A DNA stretch of 64,000 bases, taken from Opitutia bacterium (GTDB taxonomy: Bacteria; Verrucomicrobiota; Verrucomicrobiia; Opitutales; Opitutaceae). Below are positions 10,187-19,320 of the stretch, piece by piece; within the stretch, counting starts at the first letter, position 1; each line of letters begins with the position of its first letter. Below the pieces are notes generated by a model that searched no databases, was not told the origin of the DNA, and worked only from the letters and a program-made list of their open reading frames with translations. The stretch lies in assembly GCA_947478395.1 (NCBI GenBank), contig CANJVR010000008.1, forward strand, positions 32,001 to 96,000, given 5' to 3'. Position numbers and translations under genes: made by a program.

Positions 10187-11233
10187 CTATTTTTTCAAAC
10201 GCGCCGCGAGAATTTCCGTGATCCACCGCCGGTGGGGGCCGGACAGCGTGATTTCGTCGAGCGTGGTGAGCGGAATCCAGACGAGTTCTGGCGAAATTTT
10301 CCCGCGAGGCGATACGCCGGCATGGATCGTTTCGGTGATTTGAAAGCGAGTGATAGAGCGTTTTCTCTTGGCGATTAAAACGCCTTGCGTGGCGGTGGCC
10401 TCGGAAACGCCGACCTGTTCGGGCGTGGGCAATTCATGTTGATGAGCGAGGCGCTTGGAATCGGCCGCCGCGCGATGGAGCAACAACGCGCCGTCTCGCT
10501 CGCACCACACGCGCGTCACCCTGCGCTGCTCGATCAGCTTGGGAGCGAGCCGCGGGTACGCCGTGGGATTCCCGTGGCGCGCGCCGGCGCAGAATGTTCG
10601 CACCGGGCACGTGAGGCACAGCGGCTTTTGGCGAAAACACACGGTGGCGCCGAGCTCCATCATCGCCTGGTTGTGATCGCCGGGTGACTGCGATGAGAGC
10701 AACGCCTCAGCGAGAGAGGTAAATGCCTTCGCCGCCGACGCGCTGTCGCGGTATTCGCTGCCGTCGGCGGTGATGCGGGCGAGGATCCTGACCACGTTGC
10801 CGTCCACGCAGGCGGCTGGCGCTGCGAACGCTATGCTGGTGATCGCCGCCGCGGTGTAGGGTCCTACGCCAGGCAGTTCGCGCCACTCCGCGGGCGTGCG
10901 GGGCGGCGTGGGCAAGGCGGCGACCGCGCGCGCGAGCTGGTGCAGATTGCGGGCGCGCGAATAGTAGCCGAGCCCTTCCCAGAGTTTGAGCACCCGAGTT
11001 TCGGAAGCGGCGGCGAGGGCCGCGAAGTCGGGTAACGTGGCGAGCCAGCGGGCGAAATAGGGCAGGACGGTTTTCACCTGCGTTTGCTGCAGCATTAACT
11101 CGCTCACCACGGTTTTATAGAGCGAAGGATTTTCCCGCCACGGCAGAACCCTCGCGTGGCGACGATACCACGTGAGCAGGGCCGACTGAAAATCGAGCTT
11201 GGCGGCGATGAGCTGGACGGAGGAGTTGGCCAC
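10187..11233 (-). CDS. mutY: A/G-specific adenine glycosylase
   Basis: VSELMLQQTQV, WEGLGYYSRARNL, LPGVGPYTAAAI, VDGNVVR, C-x6-C-x2-C-x5-C Fe-S motif; start uncertain (GTG 11233). Confidence 0.95.
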   Translation of the reverse strand: MANSSVQLIAAKLDFQSALLTWYRRHARVLPWRENPSLYKTVVSELMLQQTQVKTVLPYFARWLATLPDFAALAAASETRVLKLWEGLGYYSRARNLHQLARAVAALPTPPRTPAEWRELPGVGPYTAAAITSIAFAAPAACVDGNVVRILARITADGSEYRDSASAAKAFTSLAEALLSSQSPGDHNQAMMELGATVCFRQKPLCLTCPVRTFCAGARHGNPTAYPRLAPKLIEQRRVTRVWCERDGALLLHRAAADSKRLAHQHELPTPEQVGVSEATATQGVLIAKRKRSITRFQITETIHAGVSPRGKISPELVWIPLTTLDEITLSGPHRRWITEILAARLKK

Positions 11234-11314
11234 GAAAAGCACGAGAAGACACAAAAAAGCAGAGGCGGAAAGCAGGGTTTTCTTTTTCGTGCGTTTTGGC
11301 GCTTTTTGTGGCCA
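11227..11314. repeat. TGGCCAC...GTGGCCA palindromic element filling the mutY/rnhC divergent gap
   Basis: tggccacgaaaagcacgagaagacacaaaaa ... tttttcgtgcgttttggcgctttttgtggcca. Confidence 0.75.
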
Positions 11315-11322
11315 GTACCTTT

Positions 11323-12330
11323 ATGGCGAAGAAGACCGCGGATGACGCGGAAAAACCCAAGAAGCTCAGCACCTACACCATCAAGCTTGATGATGTGCAG
11401 ATGGAGAAGCTGCGCGCGATCTGCGTGGCGCGGCAGTTCGAGCCATTCGACGTACCGTATGCGCGCTTCGCGTTTCGCGGGCTCGACGTCAACGTGACCG
11501 CCTACGACAAACGCAAGGTGGTCGTGATCGCGGGCAAGGGGACCGAGAATTTCGTGACGATGACGCTCGAGCCGGAAGTCACGATGGCGGCCACGCTCGG
11601 CTACGACGAAGTGTTGCACCCGGATTGGTTCGAGTCGCACGCCGGACTCGACGAAAGCGGTAAGGGCGATTTTTTTGGCCCAGTGGTCGCGGCCACGGTG
11701 ATTGCCGACAAAGGCATGATCGAGGCGTGGCGCGAGGCGGGCGTGCAGGATTCGAAACGCATCGCGGCTCCCCAAATCATGCGGCTCGATGCGCTCATTC
11801 GCGGGACGAAAGGCGCCGTCGTCGAGGTGTGTTATTGTCGCACGATGGCGCGGTACAACGAGCTGATGGGTCGACCGCGAGCCAACCTCAACCGTCTGCT
11901 GGCATGGCAGCACGCGACCGCGCTGTCCGATGCGCTCGCGAAAAAGCCGGTGCCGTGGGGGCTGCTCGACCAATTCACCGAACAGCCGCTCGTGCAACGC
12001 GAACTCACCAAGAAAGGCGTGGAGAACTTTGAGCTGCGCATGCGGACCAAGGCGGAATCCGATCCGGTGGTCGCGGCGGCTTCGATCGTGGCGCGGGCGG
12101 AATTTGTCCGGGCGATGCACAGTCTCTCCAAGGAATTTGGCGCGACGCTGCAATTCGGGGCGAGCGCGCTCGTGAAAGTGCAGGCGAATGAAATCATCCA
12201 GAAATTTGGGGCGCGGGCGCTGGGCGATTTTGCCAAACTGCATTTTCGCACCGCGTACGAAGTCGTGGCGGCGGCCGGAAAACTCGATGAGCTGCCGCTG
12301 AAGCCACCACCGCCAAAGATGGAGTGGTAG
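11323..12330 (+). CDS. rnhC: Ribonuclease HIII
   Basis: N-terminal TBP-like domain, then GLDESGKGDFFGP, GVQDSK, DQF, KAES.PVVAAASIVAR, AKLHF. Confidence 0.93.
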   Translation: MAKKTADDAEKPKKLSTYTIKLDDVQMEKLRAICVARQFEPFDVPYARFAFRGLDVNVTAYDKRKVVVIAGKGTENFVTMTLEPEVTMAATLGYDEVLHPDWFESHAGLDESGKGDFFGPVVAATVIADKGMIEAWREAGVQDSKRIAAPQIMRLDALIRGTKGAVVEVCYCRTMARYNELMGRPRANLNRLLAWQHATALSDALAKKPVPWGLLDQFTEQPLVQRELTKKGVENFELRMRTKAESDPVVAAASIVARAEFVRAMHSLSKEFGATLQFGASALVKVQANEIIQKFGARALGDFAKLHFRTAYEVVAAAGKLDELPLKPPPPKMEW

Positions 12331-12654
12331 CGTCACGGGCGCGGAGACGGAACTGATCAAATCCGGAGGGTTGGAGGCTAAGATTCGCGGCATTTTTAGG
12401 CCTCTTCGTCGTCAACGCTCTGCAATCACCGGAGGCGCATCTTTACCTATTTTCGGTTTCGGTCAGCTGGCGGATGTGGCGCGTGAAATCCTCGTCTTCG
12501 CCTGCGAGCAATTCAGGCCGTGCGGAGCGAACGTCGAAACGGCGTACCGTTTCGCGCATGATCCGGCCAAGCGAATGGGGTGTCCGGCCAAAGCCCAGCG
12601 CGGGAGAGCGTGGACCGCGCTTGCGCGGCGGGAGCAGTTTTCTTCACATGCGCC

Positions 12655-13407
12655 ATGAAACGCCGTCAATTGCGCGGCTTTGACCTCAAACAAATCGAAA
12701 ATGTTGCCAGCCTGATCGGCGTCGATGAGGCCGGCCGCGGTGCCTTGGCCGGACCGGTGGTGGCGGGCGCGGTGCTTGTGACGCGGGAGTTTCTGGAAAG
12801 CCGCTGGGCCGATGTGAATGCGCGCCGGATCAATGACTCCAAACAGCTGACTGCGGCGGAGAGGGACTCGTTGTGGCTCGATTTCGAGGCGCTCGCGGCC
12901 GAGGGAAAAATCCACGCGCACTTCGGCTCGGCGGATGTCGCCGAGATCGCGCAGCTCAATATTCTCGGCGCGACAAAACTGGCGATGCGGCGCGCGCTCG
13001 AAGGCATTTATCCGCCGAGCGCATTCGAGCGAAAGGTAGAGCCCGATCTTTTTTCGGCGTTGGAGGAGGTGGCGAATTTTCAGCCGACCGTCTCGGCGAG
13101 GGTTTTGATCGATGGGCTGCCATTGAGAAATTTTCCGTATCCTCATATCGGGCTCGTGCAGGGGGATGCGCGTTCCCTCTGCATCGCGATGGCTTCGATT
13201 ATCGCCAAGGTCACGCGGGACCGGCTGATGAGCGAACTGGACGCGCAATTCGCCGGTTACGGTTTTGCGACCCACAAAGGCTACGGCACGGAAGAGCATC
13301 GCGAGGCGGTGCTCCGCCTCGGGCGTACGCCGCAGCATCGGGAGATGTTTTTGCGCAAGCTCCTGGCGGGGCGCCCCGATCCGGCGCAAATCGATTTTTT
13401 AGCCTAG
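12655..13407 (+). CDS. rnhB: Ribonuclease HII
   Basis: GVDEAGRGALAGPVVA, NDSKQL, IDG, GDA.S..IAMASIIAKVTRD, HKGYGT. Confidence 0.95.
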   Translation: MKRRQLRGFDLKQIENVASLIGVDEAGRGALAGPVVAGAVLVTREFLESRWADVNARRINDSKQLTAAERDSLWLDFEALAAEGKIHAHFGSADVAEIAQLNILGATKLAMRRALEGIYPPSAFERKVEPDLFSALEEVANFQPTVSARVLIDGLPLRNFPYPHIGLVQGDARSLCIAMASIIAKVTRDRLMSELDAQFAGYGFATHKGYGTEEHREAVLRLGRTPQHREMFLRKLLAGRPDPAQIDFLA

Positions 13408-13662
13408 CGCGAAGGCGCGAAGACGACTCGCCATCCCCGCCTTGGCGCACCGTTCGCAGGAGGACAAATCCGGTCCGTCGCGGCGCAGAAGATCCGAGCC
13501 CTTTCTATGGCAGGGGCGGCACGCCGCTCGTTTTCCGACAAGCTCAGGGCCTCGAGCGGGCCGGTAAGGCGACAGGGCGTGGGTGGTTCGCCCGCCCGGA
13601 GCGCCGACGGGATCCAGCGCCGTCGTTGACCGCGCTGCGCGCATGGGCCACACCTTGTGCTG

Positions 13663-14865
13663 ATGGCTGGTAAGAAAAACTCCTCGCTCGACCGCATGCT
13701 TGGACGGCTCGATACGCTCGACTCCGTCAATCTCGCGAACCTCGTTCAGCGGCTCGCCCGCGAACGCGGTCTGTTCGAGGAAATTTTCAACACGCTGCAG
13801 GAGGGCGTGCTCGTCATTACCGCCGACGGCGCGATCGAATACGCCAACGACGCGGCGCACCAGTTGATCGGTTTGTCCGAGGACGAGCTCGTCGGCCAGA
13901 CCTTGTGGCGGCTTGTGCCGGGATTGCGGCCGACGCTCGGCTTGGCGATGGACGAGGATTCGGCGGTGCTGCCGATCGTCGCGCGTGAATTTGAACTGAC
14001 CTATCCGGAGCCGCGGACGGTACGGCTCTACATGGTGCCGTTTCGCGGGGCGGGGCGGGGCGCGGAGCGGCGTTTTGCGGTTATCCTGAGTGATGTGACG
14101 CGGGACCGGCAGACCACCGAGCGCCGCGTCGAGGACGAACGCACGTCGTCCATTTTGCTGCTCGCTGCGGGCGTCGCGCACGAATTGGGCAATCCGTTGA
14201 ACTCGCTGACGATTCACCTCCAGTTGATGGAGCGAAAACTCAAAAAGCTCCGCGCCACGGCGAAGGCGGCGAGCGAAACTGATTCGCTGGCCGAGTCGGT
14301 GCGAGTTTGCCGCGACGAGGTGGCGCGGCTGGATGGCATCATCGCCAATTTTCTCGACGCGATCCGTCCGCGTCCGCCGGATCTAGCCGAGACGAATCTG
14401 GCGGATGTGCTCTCGGAGGTGCTGCGCTTCCAGCAGCGTGAGTTTGCCGACCGCGGAATTAAGATCGAGGCGGAGACGCCCGCCGATCTTCCGTCGGTGA
14501 TGGCTGACCGCAACCAGCTCAAACAGGTTTTTTTCAACATCACGAAGAACGCGATGGAGGCGATGCAACCTGGCGGGAAATTGAAAATCAAGTCACGCGC
14601 CGACGACGATTCGGTATTTTTGCTTTTCGGCGACAGCGGCAGCGGCATCCGGCAGGAGGATCTTGTCCGCTTGTTTCAACCTTATCACACGACGAAGCCG
14701 GGTGGCCATGGATTGGGGCTGATGATTGTGCAGCGCATCCTGCGTGAGCACGGCGGTCAAGTGGGCGTGGAGAGTCGCGAAGGCATCGGCACGTTGGTGA
14801 CGCTGCAATTTCCGCGGAAAGATCGTCGCGTGCGGATGCTCGGCGCCCCGACCGGAGCGGCTTAA
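13663..14865 (+). CDS. Cytoplasmic PAS sensor histidine kinase (NtrB-like)
   Basis: PAS region, H-box AAGVAHELGNPL, N-box QVFFNITKNAMEAM, DSGSGI, FQPYHTTK, GLGL. Confidence 0.92.
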   Translation: MAGKKNSSLDRMLGRLDTLDSVNLANLVQRLARERGLFEEIFNTLQEGVLVITADGAIEYANDAAHQLIGLSEDELVGQTLWRLVPGLRPTLGLAMDEDSAVLPIVAREFELTYPEPRTVRLYMVPFRGAGRGAERRFAVILSDVTRDRQTTERRVEDERTSSILLLAAGVAHELGNPLNSLTIHLQLMERKLKKLRATAKAASETDSLAESVRVCRDEVARLDGIIANFLDAIRPRPPDLAETNLADVLSEVLRFQQREFADRGIKIEAETPADLPSVMADRNQLKQVFFNITKNAMEAMQPGGKLKIKSRADDDSVFLLFGDSGSGIRQEDLVRLFQPYHTTKPGGHGLGLMIVQRILREHGGQVGVESREGIGTLVTLQFPRKDRRVRMLGAPTGAA

Positions 14866-15045
14866 CCCGTCGTCAGGCCGAACGATTCAATCACCAGCTA
14901 CACCCATTTCACGAAATGAATTTCGTGCGACGGGATGAGAGGCTGACTCAGAACGGTGGCGCGGGTCAGCTCACCTCTGGCATGATCACGCGCCCGCCTT
15001 TTTCAGGACCCCTTCGAGCGTGGTGTCGTTTCTGCGGCGTCGCGG

Positions 15046-17529
15046 CTACGGCCTGATCGGCCCCGTGGCCAGCTTCAGTCGGAGCGGTGCGATCAGGGTG
15101 TCGTCCTTCGCGTAAAAAAGATCCTGGGGAAATACGCGGAGGCCCACCATCTCGGTGTAGGTGCCGGCGCCCTCGTTAGAATTGAGCTGGCGGCCGGCGA
15201 GGTATTGCAGGCGGAGGTTGCGGTCGCGGTTGATCTCGGCCGGGGCCAGCCACGCTTTCAAATCCGCGTACCGGCCGGTGTAGGACGAGAGCAGTCCGAC
15301 TGGCGTATCGAGATCGAGGCCGACCAGGGCATTGATGACGCGGGCGTGATCGGGCCGAGCCATCTTCGCGGTCAACGCAGCGACATCCACGCGCAACGGT
15401 TCGGCTTGTCCCAGCATGACGGTGTCGTAGCCGGAGCCATCGTCGTCGTTGCCCCAAATCGTGCCCTGGGGAAACACGGTGAAGAAGGTCGCTATTTCAC
15501 TCAGCACGACCGCGCGATCCGATTCGTAGAGCGGCACCCATTGCGTGACAAATCCGCCTGGATTGAGGTGCTGGCGGCAGAGCTCGAAATATTCCTGCGA
15601 GTAAAGCACGGCCGACCCTTTCACCCAGGGATGAATCGGATCGGACGTGATGATGTCGAAGTGCTCCTTCGTCGTGGCGATGAAATGGCGGGCGTCGTCG
15701 TAGACGATCTCGACGCGCGGATCGTGGACGACGTCATTATTTTCGATTTTGAAAAAGGTGGAAACCACCTGGGGAATCAGCGGTTCGATGTCGCAGATCA
15801 CGATGCGCTCGATGGAAGGATGGATTACAAACGAGCCGGCGGTGACGCCCGCTCCGCAGCCGACGATGAGAACGGATTTTGGATTCGGGTGCAGCAAGGC
15901 CGGGATGTGGCCGAGCATGCGCTGGAGCCGCATATCTTTTTCGATGCTGGACGCCTCCGTTTTTCCGCTGACGTGAAAGAAACGGGCGCCGCCGGGGTTT
16001 TCCGTAACGTTGACGGACGAATTCATGCCTTCGCCCAAAAACAAAGACTTGGCCCCGTAGTCGGTCGTGGCGATCTGCCGGCCATAGGCCACGAGCTGCC
16101 ACGGAATGCCCGAAACGACCGGTGCGAGCCCAACGATGACCGCGAATCCCGCGAGCGCCGCCGGCAAGCCGAATGCAAGACGTCGAAACAGGACCAGCGC
16201 CGCGCTGCCGAGCGAAACGGCGAGCAGGATCTGCTGGGTGTGTTGGGTCCCGAAATGTGGAATCAACCAGAGGCTGGCGCCGAGGGCGCCGGCAATGGCG
16301 CCGAGGGTGTTGGCGGCATAGGTGCGGCCGACCAGGCGCGCGGGATCCAGGCCCGGCTGCGCGAGGGCCGCGAGGGCGAGCGGAAAACTGGCGCCCCACA
16401 GCAAGGCCGAAGGCAGAATCGCGAACGCGCACCGGACGACGTCGTAGAGCGGTCGGGGCACCGCCGCCCATTGGTGGGTCACGATGCCGACTTTAAATTG
16501 GGCCCAGCGTCCCGCATTGGGCAGAAGTTCCGCTGGCCAGTACGGGAGTGAAACCGCGATGGCGTAAGCGGCCCACGCGATCCCAGCAACCTGCAGCAGC
16601 TGGCAAAGGCCCAACGCCACGCGCGGTCTTAATCGACTGCGTCCGATCGCCGCACCGGCGCTGCTGCCTAAGCCCAGCCCGACGAGAAACACCGCTAGGA
16701 TAATTGAAAACGTGTAGACCGTAGCTCCGAGCAACAGCGACAACGTCCGTGCCCAAACCACTTCCGCCGCCAGCGCGCAGAGTCCGGAGAGCGCGATCGA
16801 GACCAGCACCACCCGCGAGCCGGCCACCGGCTGGGAAATGGACTGGACCGCGGCGGTCTCGGACGGCGCTTCGTCCGGGGCTTTGCGATGAGGCGCCCGA
16901 CTTGCGAGGGCCAAGGCGAGGGCGGCGACCAGGAGATTGATCACCACGGCAAACCAGGTGGCGGTCGCCATATCGTAGGTGGGCAGCAGATAAAAACCGG
17001 CTAGGACACAGCCGGCGACGGCGCCGGCGGTATTGCCGCCGTAGAAATAACCAAGCCAGGAAACCCCGCGCGGCGTGGTCTCGATCCAGCGTGCCACCGC
17101 GGGGAGGGTAGCGCCCATCATGATCGTCGGTGGCAGCAGACAAATGGCGCAGACCAGCGCTCGCAGCGCGATGCCGGCGACACCGTGTCCGACGAGCGCG
17201 GTGTAGACCCGGCCCACGACCGGCATCGCGAACAAGACCACGAGGCCAGAAACGGCGATGCCAATTTCAAGTAACGCATACAGTCGCAGCGGGTGGCGCT
17301 GGGCGGAGATAAATCGGGGTAGAGCAAAACTACCGAGGCACATCCCGCCCATGAACGTGCCGAGCAGCACGGCCAGTGAAAACGCCGAGGAACCGATGAC
17401 CAGCTGCAGGAGTTGCAGCCACACGATCTCGTAGATCAGCGCCGCGCAGCCGCTGCCGACAAAGAGCAGAAGCAACAAAGGCAGGAAACGCGGCGAGTGT
17501 GATGGAGAAGATGCAGACGATGAAAACAT
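15046..17529 (-). CDS. Fused membrane domain / spermidine-synthase-like protein
   Basis: Many TM segments with SG.AALIYEIVW and MGATLP; C-terminal VLIVGCGAGVT, DDARHF, DIITSDP. Confidence 0.85.
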   Translation of the reverse strand: MFSSSASSPSHSPRFLPLLLLLFVGSGCAALIYEIVWLQLLQLVIGSSAFSLAVLLGTFMGGMCLGSFALPRFISAQRHPLRLYALLEIGIAVSGLVVLFAMPVVGRVYTALVGHGVAGIALRALVCAICLLPPTIMMGATLPAVARWIETTPRGVSWLGYFYGGNTAGAVAGCVLAGFYLLPTYDMATATWFAVVINLLVAALALALASRAPHRKAPDEAPSETAAVQSISQPVAGSRVVLVSIALSGLCALAAEVVWARTLSLLLGATVYTFSIILAVFLVGLGLGSSAGAAIGRSRLRPRVALGLCQLLQVAGIAWAAYAIAVSLPYWPAELLPNAGRWAQFKVGIVTHQWAAVPRPLYDVVRCAFAILPSALLWGASFPLALAALAQPGLDPARLVGRTYAANTLGAIAGALGASLWLIPHFGTQHTQQILLAVSLGSAALVLFRRLAFGLPAALAGFAVIVGLAPVVSGIPWQLVAYGRQIATTDYGAKSLFLGEGMNSSVNVTENPGGARFFHVSGKTEASSIEKDMRLQRMLGHIPALLHPNPKSVLIVGCGAGVTAGSFVIHPSIERIVICDIEPLIPQVVSTFFKIENNDVVHDPRVEIVYDDARHFIATTKEHFDIITSDPIHPWVKGSAVLYSQEYFELCRQHLNPGGFVTQWVPLYESDRAVVLSEIATFFTVFPQGTIWGNDDDGSGYDTVMLGQAEPLRVDVAALTAKMARPDHARVINALVGLDLDTPVGLLSSYTGRYADLKAWLAPAEINRDRNLRLQYLAGRQLNSNEGAGTYTEMVGLRVFPQDLFYAKDDTLIAPLRLKLATGPIRP

Positions 17530-17774
17530 GCGGAGGGTGCGGGTGGGTCTTGAGGCGGCAGCGCAAAGGGGTACGGCACGACGGCGCGCCAGAGAATGAC
17601 ATGCTTACCTTCATGGGCCGCTTCGAAGTGGCGCAAGAAAAGATCGTGCCGCCCGGTCAGACGCACCGGCCGGGGAAGCGTTGTGCACATTGGTCAGTTG
17701 GATCCGACCGCACATCAATCGGACCGCTGTCCAAACGAAATTTATTTCTACGAACCCCGGAATTGTTCGGAGCC

Positions 17775-17797
17775 AATGTCACTTATTAAGTGACATT
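17775..17797. repeat. Perfect palindrome AATGTCACTTA-T-TAAGTGACATT (family also at 50470, 50589, degenerate at 48478)
   Basis: 11-bp perfect arms read directly; recurs in the window. Confidence 0.85.
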
Positions 17798-17928
17798 ACG
17801 GGGGGAAGATTCCCGCGAAATTCGGGGTGGTTTCTTCTGCTCCGAGGTCGAGCGTTGCGGTGGGCTGGGATAAGCACCTAAAACCTACCCGTCTTCGTCA
17901 CGCCTAGCGCCCGCCCCTCCCCACTACC

Positions 17929-19185
17929 ATGACTCTGAAAAAAATTACCCCGTTTCAATCTGCGCTGCTCGCCAGCCTGCTTTTACCGGTGTCGCTGACG
18001 TTCGGCGCCGACGCCACCGCCGCAGCGGCTCCGGCGGCTGCGACCGCGGTCAACGCTCCAACCTTGCCGCCGATCCCGGCCATGCTGGGCGTGCCGCATC
18101 CCGGCCCGGTGACGGACGCCCCTTATGCGCCCCAGCCGATTTTGTCGGGCGGGGTCGTAATTCCGCTTTTTCCGCCGGGCTCGCCTTATCTGAAGATGGA
18201 CCGCGTCCGCGAGGCTGAGAAGTACAACCTCGGCGGTGGCGGCCAAATTGGCTCCATCGTGAACATCCACAATCCCTCGATCGAATTTCATCCGGGCAAC
18301 CGTTCTCTTAATACCGGCGTGGTCATCATTGTCGTCGCAGGCGGCGGTCACAACACCTTGAACGTCGGCAGTGAAGGCGCGGACTTCGTCCCGTTCTTCG
18401 CCAGTTACGGGATCAATACGGTCATTCTGAGAAACCGGATGCGCGTGGATGGCTACAACGCGAAGACTGATTCCGTCTACGACGCCCAACAGGCGATCAA
18501 AATGGTCCGCGCCTACGCGAAAGAGTGGCGCCTCGATCCCAACCGGATCGGCATCATGGGATTTTCCGCCGGCGCCGAACTCGCGGCGCCCGCGGCGATC
18601 GACTGGGCGGCGTTCGATGCGAAAAACGATCTGCCGGAAAATCCCCTGGCGAAAATTTCTTCGCGGCCCGATTTCGTCGGTATCATTTATCCGGGCCCGA
18701 CCCCGTTCGCTCGCGGTGCCAACCCGCCAATTCCCAAGGACACCCCGCCTTCGTTTATTACCTGTGCTGGCTGGGGCGATAAAGGCCACGCGGTCTGGGC
18801 GAACGAATGGTTCACCGCCATGCTGAATGCCGGCATCCCCAATGTTGAAATGCACATCTATGCCCGCGGGCATCATCCGGGCGACCGCGTCACCGGAGAT
18901 GAGCCACCGTCCACCGGTGGCCTGACCAGCCGTGGTTTTATTGCGTATGGTTCATGGCCGGCGCGTTTCATCGAGTGGACGCGCGATCTCGGTTTTCTGA
19001 ACAAAACCGGCGTTGAAACCCAGGCGGCAAAAGACGTCCTCGCGAACGTGAATCGCGTCGACCTGCCGCGCGGCGGCGGGCGGCGCGGCGGGCCGGCTGG
19101 GCCGGCCGGGCCAGGCGCGCCGGTTGCTTCTCCGGTTGAATCGGTGGTACCCCCGGCGGCGGGCGCGCGACCAGCGACGCCCTGA
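17929..19185 (+). CDS. Secreted alpha/beta hydrolase (esterase-like)
   Basis: Signal peptide, AGGGH, DAQQAIKMVR, RIGIMGFSAGA nucleophile elbow, RPDF, EMHIY..G.H. Confidence 0.85.
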   Translation: MTLKKITPFQSALLASLLLPVSLTFGADATAAAAPAAATAVNAPTLPPIPAMLGVPHPGPVTDAPYAPQPILSGGVVIPLFPPGSPYLKMDRVREAEKYNLGGGGQIGSIVNIHNPSIEFHPGNRSLNTGVVIIVVAGGGHNTLNVGSEGADFVPFFASYGINTVILRNRMRVDGYNAKTDSVYDAQQAIKMVRAYAKEWRLDPNRIGIMGFSAGAELAAPAAIDWAAFDAKNDLPENPLAKISSRPDFVGIIYPGPTPFARGANPPIPKDTPPSFITCAGWGDKGHAVWANEWFTAMLNAGIPNVEMHIYARGHHPGDRVTGDEPPSTGGLTSRGFIAYGSWPARFIEWTRDLGFLNKTGVETQAAKDVLANVNRVDLPRGGGRRGGPAGPAGPGAPVASPVESVVPPAAGARPATP

Positions 19186-19320
19186 GGCAAATCTTGCGGA
19201 CCGGTTTTTCGGGGCTCGCTGGACCCAGATCCGGAAGGACGCAGGCGGATTGGGCGCCGCCGCCGCTGGCCGGCGGGCGTTTCTGTGATTGAAATTCGCC
19301 CGGCGACCGGCGCCGATCCG

